Source of the DNA: Bacteroidota bacterium
Lineage (GTDB): Bacteria > Bacteroidota > Ignavibacteria > Kapaibacteriales > Kapaibacteriaceae
Direction of reading: 5' to 3'
NCBI GenBank assembly: GCA_018266735.1
Contig: JAFDZT010000012.1
Coordinates: 1 to 13,479 of the forward strand
DNA length: 13,479 bases
How positions within the stretch are numbered: the stretch's first letter is position 1; every line of letters starts with the position of its first letter. This document shows positions 1 through 9,092 of this stretch, one piece after another. A program made the position numbers and the translations under genes. Below the pieces are notes generated by a model. The model was not told the origin of the DNA. It ran no database searches and saw only the letters and a program-made list of their open reading frames with translations.

Positions 1-1695
1 GTCGCCCCACACGTCGTATTGCAATCGTTCCGTGCCGATCACGCCGGCTGTGACCGGACCGCAGTGGATGCCGATGCGAACGTTCAGATCGGGGAACCGC
101 TCACGCATGCCCGACATCATGGCCAGTGCCGCTGAAGCGGCTTGTACGGCCACGTTGCCGTCGAAGGCCACCGACATGTAGGAATCGCCGATGGTCTTGA
201 TCTTCATGAGCCCGTGCTCGGCAACGATGGCATCACACATGGTGAAGATCTCGCTGAGAAGACGCACGACTTCGTCCGGTTGCATCGACGACGACATCGT
301 CGTGAAGCCCACCATGTCCATGAACATCACAGCTGCGCAGTCGTAGGCGTCATTGACCGCTTCACTGCGCATGACACGGTCGGCAATCGAAGGCGGCAGG
401 GTGGAATACAGCAACGAGCGGTGGCGCTCTTTCTCGACGCGCTCCGCATCAATGCGCTTCTTCGCTTCCAAGAGGGCCAACTTGCGATTGACCTCCTGAC
501 CGCGTACTTCTTCGGACAATGCCATGAATGCGTCGTTGTGCTGAACATACCCATCAAAGTCTCCGCTCTTTCGAGCAAGATCGCGCATCTCCTTGTGCAG
601 GTCGGCTTGCATGAGCTTGCCGCCTGACGCTTCGGCAGCTTCCAACGCAAGTTGGAAGTGAAGCATGGCATCGTTGAGTGCGCCCTCTGCTTCCAGTACT
701 CGTGCCTCGACGTGAAAGAAGTGCGCCAGCACTTGTCGGTCTGTGCCCTTCAAATGCGCGACCCGCTTGAGCGTAGCACGTGCATCGTCCAATCGGCCGC
801 ACGTAACGTACGTGTCGGCCAGATTGCACGTCGAGAACATGAACTCATGCGGGTGTCCAAGTTGTTCTGAGAGATCGGAAGAGATCACAAGGTGCTGAAT
901 GGCCTCGTCATGATCTTCAAGGTGACGCAGTGCAACGCCAATGTTCCCGTTGACACGAGCAATACTTGCTCTGTTCTGTACCTGTTCATGGAGCGGTAGC
1001 GCACGGTGGAAGTACTCCAGTGCGCGTGCATGATCGAGGACGGCGACATAGCTGCTGCCGATGTTGCCTAACACGATGGCCATACCGCGTACATTCCCCA
1101 TCTCCTCATGCACATCATAGGCGCGTTGGTAGAGCTCGATCGAGCCTGCATAGTCACCCACGTTGTACGCAACCACTCCCATGTTGCCAAGCGTTGTCGC
1201 TGCGCTGGTCTTATCGCCGCGCCCTTCCTCAATGGCAAGACTTCGCGCCATGTATTCATGTGCGAGGGCAAAATCACCGGCCATGGCAGAGGCGACGCCA
1301 AGATTGCCCAGCGCCATGGCAATGAACTCGTCATTGCCGGCTTCTTGGGAAAGTGCTAGCGATCTGGAGTACAGCGACATTGCTTCGTCGATGTTGCCCA
1401 TGCTTCGAACAACGTTGCCCATGTTGTTCAAGATACTTGCCGTACGAACCGATTGCTCTGATGGCTCACTGATGGCAAGGGCGGCATGGTACTCCTCTAG
1501 GGCAACGGCATGGTCAGAGATATTGGATGCAGCGAGGCCACGTGCGATGTGCATGATGCAAGTGTAAGACGCGTCATTGCCGCCTGCTGCTTCTGCTGCG
1601 AGCTGTTGTAATCGTGTACTGTCGCCCTTTCCGGCAGCCGCGTGGATATCGGCACTGATCTCGGCAACCGGACGAATAGAACCTTGTGTACTCAT
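1..1695 (-). CDS. TPR-repeat class III adenylate cyclase; the window edge cuts off the C-terminal end. Paralog of the next gene.
   Basis: Reverse translation of 1-240 gives ...HGLMKIKTIGDSYMSVAFDGN...RIGIHCGPVTAGVIGTERLQYDVWGD, a class III cyclase core. Both metal-binding Asp are present (FMDMVGFT, IGDSYM), along with the adenine-specifying Lys (KIKTIGD) and Asp (YDVWGD). The same frame runs with no stop up to ATG 1693-1695 (MSTQGSIRPVAE...) through TPR-like repeats; the stretch GNMGVVAYNVGDYAGS was checked at 1141-1188. The gene is not in the ORF track because there is no stop inside the window. Confidence 0.8.
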   Translation of the reverse strand, partial: MSTQGSIRPVAEISADIHAAAGKGDSTRLQQLAAEAAGGNDASYTCIMHIARGLAASNISDHAVALEEYHAALAISEPSEQSVRTASILNNMGNVVRSMGNIDEAMSLYSRSLALSQEAGNDEFIAMALGNLGVASAMAGDFALAHEYMARSLAIEEGRGDKTSAATTLGNMGVVAYNVGDYAGSIELYQRAYDVHEEMGNVRGMAIVLGNIGSSYVAVLDHARALEYFHRALPLHEQVQNRASIARVNGNIGVALRHLEDHDEAIQHLVISSDLSEQLGHPHEFMFSTCNLADTYVTCGRLDDARATLKRVAHLKGTDRQVLAHFFHVEARVLEAEGALNDAMLHFQLALEAAEASGGKLMQADLHKEMRDLARKSGDFDGYVQHNDAFMALSEEVRGQEVNRKLALLEAKKRIDAERVEKERHRSLLYSTLPPSIADRVMRSEAVNDAYDCAAVMFMDMVGFTTMSSSMQPDEVVRLLSEIFTMCDAIVAEHGLMKIKTIGDSYMSVAFDGNVAVQAASAALAMMSGMRERFPDLNVRIGIHCGPVTAGVIGTERLQYDVWGD

Positions 1696-1749
1696 GCATT
1701 CAAAAATAGCACCTTCTCCATCGAGTACAGAGTGTCCGTTGGCGATCGC

Positions 1750-3783
1750 TCAGAGTAGCCAATAGGTGGCCATGCTGCCTTTCCCCTTCACCTCAATGGT
1801 GCCACGCTGATGGAGTCGGAACGAGCGCAATGTGTCAGTTGCATTGGTGCTGATCTGCGATGATGCTCGATCGAGTGTGGTCGCGAACTCGGCGGAAACA
1901 TGGATGCGACCGGGTTCGCCGGTGCTTTCCATGCGAGAAGCTACATTCACGGTGTCGCCCCACACATCGTACTGCAACCGCTCTGTGCCGATCACGCCGG
2001 CCGTGACCGGACCGATGTGCACGCCGATACGGATGGCAACTGGTGTCCCGTCGGGCCACACATGGTGAGAGCGTCTGATCTCGTCGGCGACACAGGCCAT
2101 AGCATAGGCGTTCTCTGCCTCGGTGCCATCGCCTTTGAAGCACATGTAGGCATCGCCAATGGTCTTGATCTTGAAAACGTTATGCGTAGCGCACATGTCG
2201 TCGAACTGCCCGAACAGACCCGCAAGGAACGTGAGCACGTCATGCGGCTCCATTGATGACGTTCTCGTTGTGAATCCTGCGATGTCCGTGAAGAGAATGG
2301 CGGCATGTTGGAAACGGTCCCCGTGGATCGTCTCACCATGCACGATCCTGTCGGCAATGTCCCTCGGCAGTGCCGAGTAAAGCACTGCACGCTCTTTGTC
2401 TCGTTCATGCAGTTGGACCTCAACGCGGCGCTCGGCTTCGATCACGGCAAGTCTTCGCACCGTTGCCTCATTCTGAAGCTCCTTGGAGAGCTCGATGTAA
2501 CGGTCGGTATGATACACGTAGCCGTCGAGGTCGCGAAGACGCCTCATCACGGTGCGAAGCGAGGCATGGTGCTCGGCAACCACTGCCAGTGTTCCCCCGG
2601 CTTCAGCCTCATCAAGAGCACGCTTGTAGTGTGCGGCAGCGCTTGTCAGGTCGCCCCGCTCCGTGGCCAGCATGGCGTAGTTCGAATATCGGTATGATAA
2701 CGTCGTTGGATTCTGGGTGGAAAGGTGACCCTGCTGTGTCAGGACATCCTCTGCTTCATCGTAGCGTTGCAGTCCGATAAGTGCCAATGCGATATTTCCA
2801 AGCACGAGACTCGATCGCTCCACGTTTCCGATGGTAGATCGCAATGCATACGACTGTTGATGAAACGCAAGACAGGCATCGAGATCTCCTTGCTTGCCGG
2901 CACAAACGCCCATGTTCGTGTACACCGAGGCCATCCCATCGATATTCCCGATTGCAGTGTTCTCCTCAAGGGCCTTCTCATAGTGTTGCATCGCAAGCTC
3001 GAACATCTCTAGCGCTGCATAGACCATTCCCATGTTGCCATGGAGAAGTGCAATGCCGTGCTGATCACGTTCGCGCTCAAACCCTTGGAGAGCATGTCGG
3101 TACTGTTCAAGTGCCTGGGCGTATTCACCAACGGAGTAATACACGTTGGCCAGATTCATGGCAACGGTCGATGCGCCGATGGAGTTCTTGTTGTCTTCGT
3201 AGATCTGTAGTGCGCGACGGTAGTGTTCCACAGCCAACGTGTACTGTGCGGTGGAAGCGCTGATATTCCCAAGGTTCGTCTGAGCACGACCGATCCCGAC
3301 CATGTTCTTTGCCGTCCGGAAGAGATCCAAGGCACGGTGAAATTCCTGCCGAGCTTCCTCGAACTGTCCGTGCATGGCGAACAGACTCCCGATGTGCTGT
3401 CGTACGGTCCCACGTCCGTTCGGATCGTCGAGTGCTGTCCATTGTGCTTCGGCAAGTTCAAGCATTTGATGGGCAACGGCTCTGTCATCGACCACACGCA
3501 GAACATTGCCCATGGAGGTGTGGCAGGCAGCCGTGAGCCACGGGTCAGACCCGGCGGCAAGGGCATCGATCGCGCGTGCAAGATCCCGTCGTGCCGAGGC
3601 GAAGTCTCCACGCACCTCATGTGCGCGACCGCGAGCGAATGCGGCCAACGGTTGCAGTTCCGCAGCCGAACGAGCTTCTGCAGTATCTGCCAATCGTAGC
3701 AATGCGCTCGGGTCTTCTTCGCGAGATGCTTGACGGATGGAACGGAGGAGTTCGGTCGAATCGGTCATCGGTTCGTGATGCAT
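1750..3783 (-). CDS. TPR-repeat class III adenylate cyclase (N-terminal TPR array, coiled-coil linker, C-terminal cyclase homology domain)
   Basis: A 723-aa ORF is listed at 1750..3921; the stop is TGA at 1750-1752. The C-terminus carries FTDIAGFT, KIKTIGDAYM, YDVWGDTVNVASRME (N and R for transition-state stabilisation, K and D for adenine specificity). TPR-like repeats fill the N-terminal 450 aa. I place the start at ATG 3781-3783 (MHHEPMTD...) or 3766-3768, because the upstream DUF2238 gene ends at 3801; the track start at 3921 would overlap it by 120 nt. Confidence 0.85.
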   Translation of the reverse strand: MHHEPMTDSTELLRSIRQASREEDPSALLRLADTAEARSAAELQPLAAFARGRAHEVRGDFASARRDLARAIDALAAGSDPWLTAACHTSMGNVLRVVDDRAVAHQMLELAEAQWTALDDPNGRGTVRQHIGSLFAMHGQFEEARQEFHRALDLFRTAKNMVGIGRAQTNLGNISASTAQYTLAVEHYRRALQIYEDNKNSIGASTVAMNLANVYYSVGEYAQALEQYRHALQGFERERDQHGIALLHGNMGMVYAALEMFELAMQHYEKALEENTAIGNIDGMASVYTNMGVCAGKQGDLDACLAFHQQSYALRSTIGNVERSSLVLGNIALALIGLQRYDEAEDVLTQQGHLSTQNPTTLSYRYSNYAMLATERGDLTSAAAHYKRALDEAEAGGTLAVVAEHHASLRTVMRRLRDLDGYVYHTDRYIELSKELQNEATVRRLAVIEAERRVEVQLHERDKERAVLYSALPRDIADRIVHGETIHGDRFQHAAILFTDIAGFTTRTSSMEPHDVLTFLAGLFGQFDDMCATHNVFKIKTIGDAYMCFKGDGTEAENAYAMACVADEIRRSHHVWPDGTPVAIRIGVHIGPVTAGVIGTERLQYDVWGDTVNVASRMESTGEPGRIHVSAEFATTLDRASSQISTNATDTLRSFRLHQRGTIEVKGKGSMATYWLL

Positions 3784-3800
3784 GTGTGCGTCGACAGGAG

Positions 3801-4460
3801 TTAGACGTTGTTCTGCGGCATGTGATCGCGTGTTCTCCGCAACCGCCGGATGACGGACGTGATCAGAAGGATGAGGATCGCTCCCAGGAGTGCCATGGTC
3901 ATGTCCTTCTGTGCATCCCACGGATCACCTTGCGTTCCCAGATAGTCGGTTCCCATCGATGGAAAGAAGATATCGGCCACGCCGAACTCGATCAACTCAT
4001 ACATTCCGGAGAACGACAGGGTGATCTCGGCCGGCAGCACCCAGCACACCCACGCTGGCCATTGCAGCTTGTTCATGAAGTAGTCGCGAAGGGGATAGGC
4101 AAGCAGGAACCCGAAGCTGAAGTGCACGATCCGATCATAGGGATTGCGCTCGAGTTCGAACGCATGCTGGAGCCAGTAGCCGATGGGTGTTTCGGCATAC
4201 GTATGCTGCGCTCCCAGAACGTGAAGGCAGATGTAGACGAATGCCATCGTGTACGACAGATCGCTGAAGCGAAACCGCGATGCCGTACCGAAGATGACCA
4301 CCAAGAACACCGCTGTCAGTGTGTTCTCGATGAACCAGTTGGAGAGATTGGAAGTTGTGGCAAAGGTCCAGATCCACAACAAGAAGAAGAGTACCGGATA
4401 CAGACGCCGCACGACGACGTTGTTCGTGCCGGTTGCGGTCGATGCTGTTGTGAACTGCAT
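3801..4460 (-). CDS. Polytopic inner-membrane protein, DUF2238/YjdF-like
   Basis: Its ORF (track 3801..4505, opened by TTG) has an internal ATG at 4458-4460 (MQFTTAST...), which I take as the start. It has 5-6 hydrophobic helices and the motifs NPYDRIVHFSFGF and GTQGDPWDAQKDM, which I remember as typical of the DUF2238 family. The stop is TAA at 3801-3803, 15 nt before the proposed cyclase start, consistent with coupled translation. Confidence 0.65.
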   Translation of the reverse strand: MQFTTASTATGTNNVVVRRLYPVLFFLLWIWTFATTSNLSNWFIENTLTAVFLVVIFGTASRFRFSDLSYTMAFVYICLHVLGAQHTYAETPIGYWLQHAFELERNPYDRIVHFSFGFLLAYPLRDYFMNKLQWPAWVCWVLPAEITLSFSGMYELIEFGVADIFFPSMGTDYLGTQGDPWDAQKDMTMALLGAILILLITSVIRRLRRTRDHMPQNNV

Positions 4461-4607
4461 GGCATGCCCTTCGAAGCGGGGTGATGAACGAACGATCGTC
4501 AACAAAAGGAATATAGCACCGTAACACGCTCCACCTGATGATCGTACTCAGGCATCCGTCGTATCTTCGTTCACACGTAGCCTCCGTTTCAGTTCTCTCA
4601 CAACATC

Positions 4608-6533
4608 ATGAACATCATGCAGATCCTTGCCTCCTTCTGGTGGATCCTTGTCCTCCTCCTTTGTGTTGCCGGCTATAAGTTCATCCTTCGGGTGCTCTTC
4701 GGTATGGTCATCGTCCCCGAGGACAAGATCGGGTTGATCACGAAGAAGTTCGTGTTGTTCGGAGAGCATCGCGAGCTACCCGATGGCAGGATCATTGCGA
4801 CCAATGGTGAGGCCGGACTCCAGGCCAATACACTTGCACCGGGTATCTACTTCTGGAAGTGGGTATGGCAATACAGCGTGACCATGGAGCCCTTCATGGT
4901 GATCCCCGAAGGGAAGATCGGTCTTGTTCTGGCAAAGGATGGCGCCGAGATCCCAACGGGCAACATCCTTGCCCAGCGTGTGGAATGCGATAGTTTTCAA
5001 GATGCGCAGAAGTTCCTGGAGGCGGGAGGGCAGCGAGGCCGGCAGACAGCCTATATCACGGCCGGATCGTATCGTATCAACACGTTGCTCTTCGAGATCT
5101 CGATCACGGACATGGTGCGGATCCAAGAGAGCATGGTCGGTATCGTGACATGTCTTGATGGACAGCCGATCGAGCAAGGACAGATCGCCGGGGCGATGAT
5201 CGCAGGACACAATAACTTCCAAGACTTCGATGTGTTCATCAAGAATGGCGGGAATCGTGGATTGCAACCGCAGGTGATCCTGGCCGGCTCGTACAACTTG
5301 AATCCGTGGGCCATTCAGATCGAAGAGATCCCGATGACGGAGATCCCGATCGGCTTCGTTGGTGTGGTGATCTCGTATGTGGGACAGGAGGGACGAGATC
5401 TTTCCGGTGTGGAATTCAAGCATGGCAACATCGTGCAATCCGGCTTCAAGGGAGTATGGCAAGAGCCACTTGGACCGGGTAAGTATCCGATCAACAAGTA
5501 CGTGATGAAGGTCGAGTTGGTGCCAACAACGAACCTGGTGCTCAACTGGGCAGAGGCGCGCAGTGAGGCACATAACCTCGACAAGAATCTCTCCACCATC
5601 ACAGTGCGATCGAAGGATGGCTTCCCGTTCAATCTGGACGTTGCGCAGATCATCCACATTCCCACGTCGGAGGCGCCGAAGGTGATCGCACGGTTCGGCA
5701 ACATGGTCAACCTCGTGTCGCAAGTACTCGAGCCTACCATCGGCAACTACTTCCGGAACTCAGCCCAAGACAGTGATGTGATCGCCTTCTTGAGCAGTCG
5801 GAAGGAACGTCAGGAATCGGCGAAGGCCCACATCAAGAGGGTGCTCGATGAGTACAATGTAAATGCCGTGGATACGCTGATCGGTGATATCGTGCCTCCC
5901 GAGTCACTCATGAAAACACTCACCGATCGGAAGATCGCCGAAGAACAAAAGGTGACGTTCGATACGCAGATGAAGGCGCAAGAATCGCGGCAAGGCATGG
6001 AGAAACAGACGGCCATTGCCGACATGCAAAAGGAGATCGTGAAGGCGCAGCAAAGTGTCGAGATCGCCGAGCGCACAGCGAATGCCACCGTGAAGAAGTC
6101 GGAAGGTGATGCAACCAGCATCAAGCTGGCCGTTGGCGCAGAGGCCGAGGCAACAAAGATGCGGGCACATGCAGAAGCCGAGGCCACAAAGGCACGCGCT
6201 GAAGCTCAGTCCATGGCCATCAAGCTGGAGGCCTCGGCACAAGCCGAGCAGATCTCGCTAACAGGGTCGGCGGAAGCAGGGAAGATCCTGGCCATCGGAA
6301 AGTCGACAGCAGAGGCATACGAACTTGCTGTGAATGCTCTTGGTGGTGAGAACTTCACGAAGTACAAGATCACCGAAGAACTGTCGAAGGGTAACGTCAA
6401 GCTCATTCCTGACATTCTCATTGGCGGTTCTGCGAATGGCGGCAGCGCCATCGACGGCCTTCTTGGCCTGAAGCTCATGGAGATGATGGATCCGAAGAAG
6501 GGCACCAGCGAGAGTGCTGATCGATCCACATGA
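4608..6533 (+). CDS. Flotillin-family SPFH/band-7 protein (YqiK/FloT-like)
   Basis: 641 aa. The N-terminus has a transmembrane helix (ILASFWWILVLLLCVAGY). The SPFH domain shows flotillin-type motifs: VPEDKIGLI, GRIIATNGEAG, IPEGKIGLVLAKDG, VECDSFQDAQKFL. The C-terminal coiled coil is rich in EA repeats (EAEATKMRAHAEAEATKARAEAQ). Stop is TGA at 6531-6533. Confidence 0.9.
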   Translation: MNIMQILASFWWILVLLLCVAGYKFILRVLFGMVIVPEDKIGLITKKFVLFGEHRELPDGRIIATNGEAGLQANTLAPGIYFWKWVWQYSVTMEPFMVIPEGKIGLVLAKDGAEIPTGNILAQRVECDSFQDAQKFLEAGGQRGRQTAYITAGSYRINTLLFEISITDMVRIQESMVGIVTCLDGQPIEQGQIAGAMIAGHNNFQDFDVFIKNGGNRGLQPQVILAGSYNLNPWAIQIEEIPMTEIPIGFVGVVISYVGQEGRDLSGVEFKHGNIVQSGFKGVWQEPLGPGKYPINKYVMKVELVPTTNLVLNWAEARSEAHNLDKNLSTITVRSKDGFPFNLDVAQIIHIPTSEAPKVIARFGNMVNLVSQVLEPTIGNYFRNSAQDSDVIAFLSSRKERQESAKAHIKRVLDEYNVNAVDTLIGDIVPPESLMKTLTDRKIAEEQKVTFDTQMKAQESRQGMEKQTAIADMQKEIVKAQQSVEIAERTANATVKKSEGDATSIKLAVGAEAEATKMRAHAEAEATKARAEAQSMAIKLEASAQAEQISLTGSAEAGKILAIGKSTAEAYELAVNALGGENFTKYKITEELSKGNVKLIPDILIGGSANGGSAIDGLLGLKLMEMMDPKKGTSESADRST

Positions 6534-6548
6534 TGCCCTGACGATCAA

Positions 6549-9053
6549 CTACGGAAGCACCACGACGTTCATCGAACTCACGCCGGCACGACTCCGAAGC
6601 ACTGCTCTGTAGGTTCCTGACGCAACGGTGTGCACGTCGAGGACGGCAGTAGCATGCATCGGTTCCGTGCTGATCTGCGCAACCACGGTGCCGGTGATGT
6701 CGACGAGCTCGATGTTTGCCGCATCCGCTGTTGCAAGGTGGAAGGTGATCAGGTCACGTGCCGGATTCGGCACCACGGAAAGGATCTGAGGTGTTGTGAT
6801 CGTGGCATCGTCGTGCACGCCGACGATGAAGTTCGCTCGTCCCGTGATGGCCGTCAGGATGATCGCACCGCAGTCGACCTCGGCAACGAGCGTGTCGACG
6901 TACTTCTGTCCCTTGTCCAGCAGCAAGCACAACGATATCGTGCGCGCTTCTGCGGGTGCAAGCACGAAGGATCCTGTTGGGAACGTAAGTCCGATCGAAT
7001 TCGACTTCGTGCGCAGTTGGTGCACCGTGAGGGAGGACGTTGTACTTGGGTTGTTGATCGTGATGTCCCGGCACACGGAGGTGGTAGGGGAGATCACGCC
7101 AAAGTCAAGTACAGCTGGCGCTTCAATGTACTGCTGTCCCGAATAGGTATACGTGCGCTCCACGTAGTTGCCGGACCGCGTCACAGCGCGGACGACACAT
7201 GTTGCATCGCGCGTTGGATCTACAGGCTTGACCACGAACGTGCCCGCCGTTGCACCACTTGCTAGGGCTGGTTCCATCGTCATGGTGCAATTCGAAGAGC
7301 TATCGACATAGATCATCGCCAGCGCCCCGCATACACCGGATGATGCATGGATGGATGCCGTGCCGATGAAAGATCCGCACGAGGATGGGACGTCAGTGAT
7401 GGCGACCGAGTCATCACACGGGATGTTGGTTGCAATGGCAACGGGCGTTCCATACGAACGACCCATTTGCATTCCGTCCAACGAACCGTAATTCCATGCA
7501 CACCATCGTACGGTGTCGGACGTGGACGTGATGATGTGTGTTCCCGAACTTATAGGCCCTCTGATATAGGCATAGGGGGTTCCCGGGAGCTCATTGTATC
7601 TATTGCCAGTAGTGGACAGCGATCCACCGTCGACAAGGATCATACTCTCGTGTCCGCGTTTGAATGTGATATTGAAGAAATTGTCCATCCCCTCGGGAGC
7701 CATAAACACGCCGCGCGTAGCCCACCGATCGACCGATGGCACGATCTCCATCATGGCACAGCCATGCTCTAGGTTCGGATACTCTTGCCCTTCCTCACCT
7801 TACTTCCCTCCACCATCGTGTTGAATGGATGTCGGGATGATGATGTTCGCCCATGACTTCCCATACAACGCACAGGTAGCGGGCTTTGAGGTGCGCCACA
7901 TCGCAGCATCGATCTGCGTTGGAACGATGTATGACTCGTTCGCATGAAGCGTGCGTACGGGGACGGAATCTCCGTACTCCGAAACGTAGGACAGTTCCGT
8001 CCCATCTTCGATAGCATTGAACCGGATCACATCGCCCCGGTTATCGTCGATGCCATAGGGCACGCCAAGATCTGCAACAGAGTCGACGGTGCGTCGCGGA
8101 GTGTACATCGTAGGGATCGTGACGAATTCCGTCCCGGCAAGCTCCTGTGGCAAGAGGGCGTCGTGGACGTTGTTGCGGAGAAAGCTACCGGAGGTTTCTA
8201 CGCCATCGGGACTGATCCATTTGGGTGGCATGACATCCGGATAGCGCATGATGGCAACCTTTGTGTGACCGGAGATCACAGCGATCGGCTTTGAGGACGT
8301 GATCACGCTCCCTTAGAGATCAGTGGCGGCGTTTCGTGCAAGACTCGGATCGATGCGTCCTTTGATGAGGAACACTTCGCCGTTGTTCAGTTCAACGGTT
8401 CCGATTCTGCCGGCCTAGACGGACGGACAGTCGGGCCCACTCTCTGTGTCCCATGTCGGTGTGAAGTTCACAAGCGTACTGTCGTGTTGTGCGATCACGA
8501 TGATCTGTCCGGGCCGGTGTTGCAGCGTTGTCTTCCCGAACGCATCGTTGTAGAAGCACATGGCAGAGTACTTCGTCCCCCATGCGGCCACCGGCAGGTG
8601 ATGCGTGAGTTCGCCGTTTCCATGCCATGCTTGATAGGTTGATACAGAGATCGGCGTGTTCGAAGTGATCTCGATCCCATAGCCTTGGATCACGCACGAT
8701 GTAGTAGCTTCATTCGTATCGGAACTTGGCATCATCAACGATCGCGGGATCGAAACCTTGAGCACTTGGTTCGGATTCACAGTATAGGTCTTGTCGATCC
8801 TGTTTCCAAGATCGTTCTTCACGGCGCTCGTGCGAACACGTACGACGGACTTCATCGGCGAAGAGATGAACAGGATCATTGGGTTCGGCAGTGGCTCCTC
8901 TGCCGCACTCACCCACACTTGCGGGAACGCCACCACGAAGCGTGTCCCCTCAGAGACCACCATCGTTCCATGTCGGTCATCGGCATGCGCAACGGTCACG
9001 CATACCACTAGGCAAAGGCCTAGGAGGGCGAGAAGGCGGTAGGGGTTCTTCAT
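6549..9053 (-). pseudogene. T9SS-secreted cargo protein gene interrupted by three in-frame nonsense codons. It has an N-terminal Sec signal peptide and an N-domain that resembles the IgGFc-binding-like domain of FCB cargo proteins; that resemblance is a tentative call from memory. The C-terminus is a Por_Secre_tail sorting domain.
   Basis: A single reading frame (coordinate 2 mod 3, minus strand) runs from ATG 9051-9053 (MKNPYRLLALLGLCLVVCVTVAHA, signal peptide) to TAG 6549-6551. It is interrupted only by TAG 8415-8417, TAA 8313-8315 and TAA 7800-7802, all checked codon by codon. Only the first segment has a signal peptide and only the last has the sorting domain (ILSVVPNPARDLITFHL...GTYRAVLRSRAGVSSMNVVVLP). 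The short pieces between the stops read as protein (AGRIGTVELNNGEVFLIKGRIDPSLARNAATDL; GEEGQEYPNLEHGCAMMEIV...). Confidence 0.55.
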
Positions 9054-9092
9054 AGTGTTTCTAAACAACAAACCAGTATTTTCGTTTCAACG

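Noticed and set aside
142-1567. Several + strand ORFs (142..627, 966..1325, 1163..1567 etc.) cover the left 1.7 kb
   Set aside because: They are antisense shadows of the minus-strand TPR-cyclase gene. Its frame translates into a coherent cyclase domain and TPR repeats, and it is missing from the track only because it runs off the window edge without a stop.
1-3783. Pycsar/CBASS-like defence cyclases
   Set aside because: The architecture is a TPR sensor array plus a canonical adenine-specific class III cyclase domain with K/D specificity residues. No effector gene (TIR/TM/nuclease) is adjacent. This fits housekeeping cAMP signalling.
3784-3921. Track start codon for cyclase 2 at 3921
   Set aside because: It would overlap the upstream membrane-protein gene by 120 nt. 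The in-frame ATGs at 3783 or 3768 lie just after that gene's stop.
3576-4484. 302-aa + strand ORF
   Set aside because: It is antisense to the DUF2238 membrane protein and the cyclase N-terminus. The composition is Arg/His-rich and typical of a GC-rich antisense frame, with no recognisable domain.
4776-5723. 315-aa minus-strand ORF inside the flotillin gene
   Set aside because: It is antisense to a well-supported SPFH/flotillin coding sequence.
6549-9071. Stop-codon reassignment (TAG/TAA read as sense) to explain the in-frame stops
   Set aside because: TAA terminates the DUF2238 gene, the 9887 gene and the 10876 gene exactly at the expected C-termini, including directly after a T9SS sorting domain. 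TAG terminates the 6549 cargo gene after its sorting domain. Readthrough would add long nonsensical extensions.
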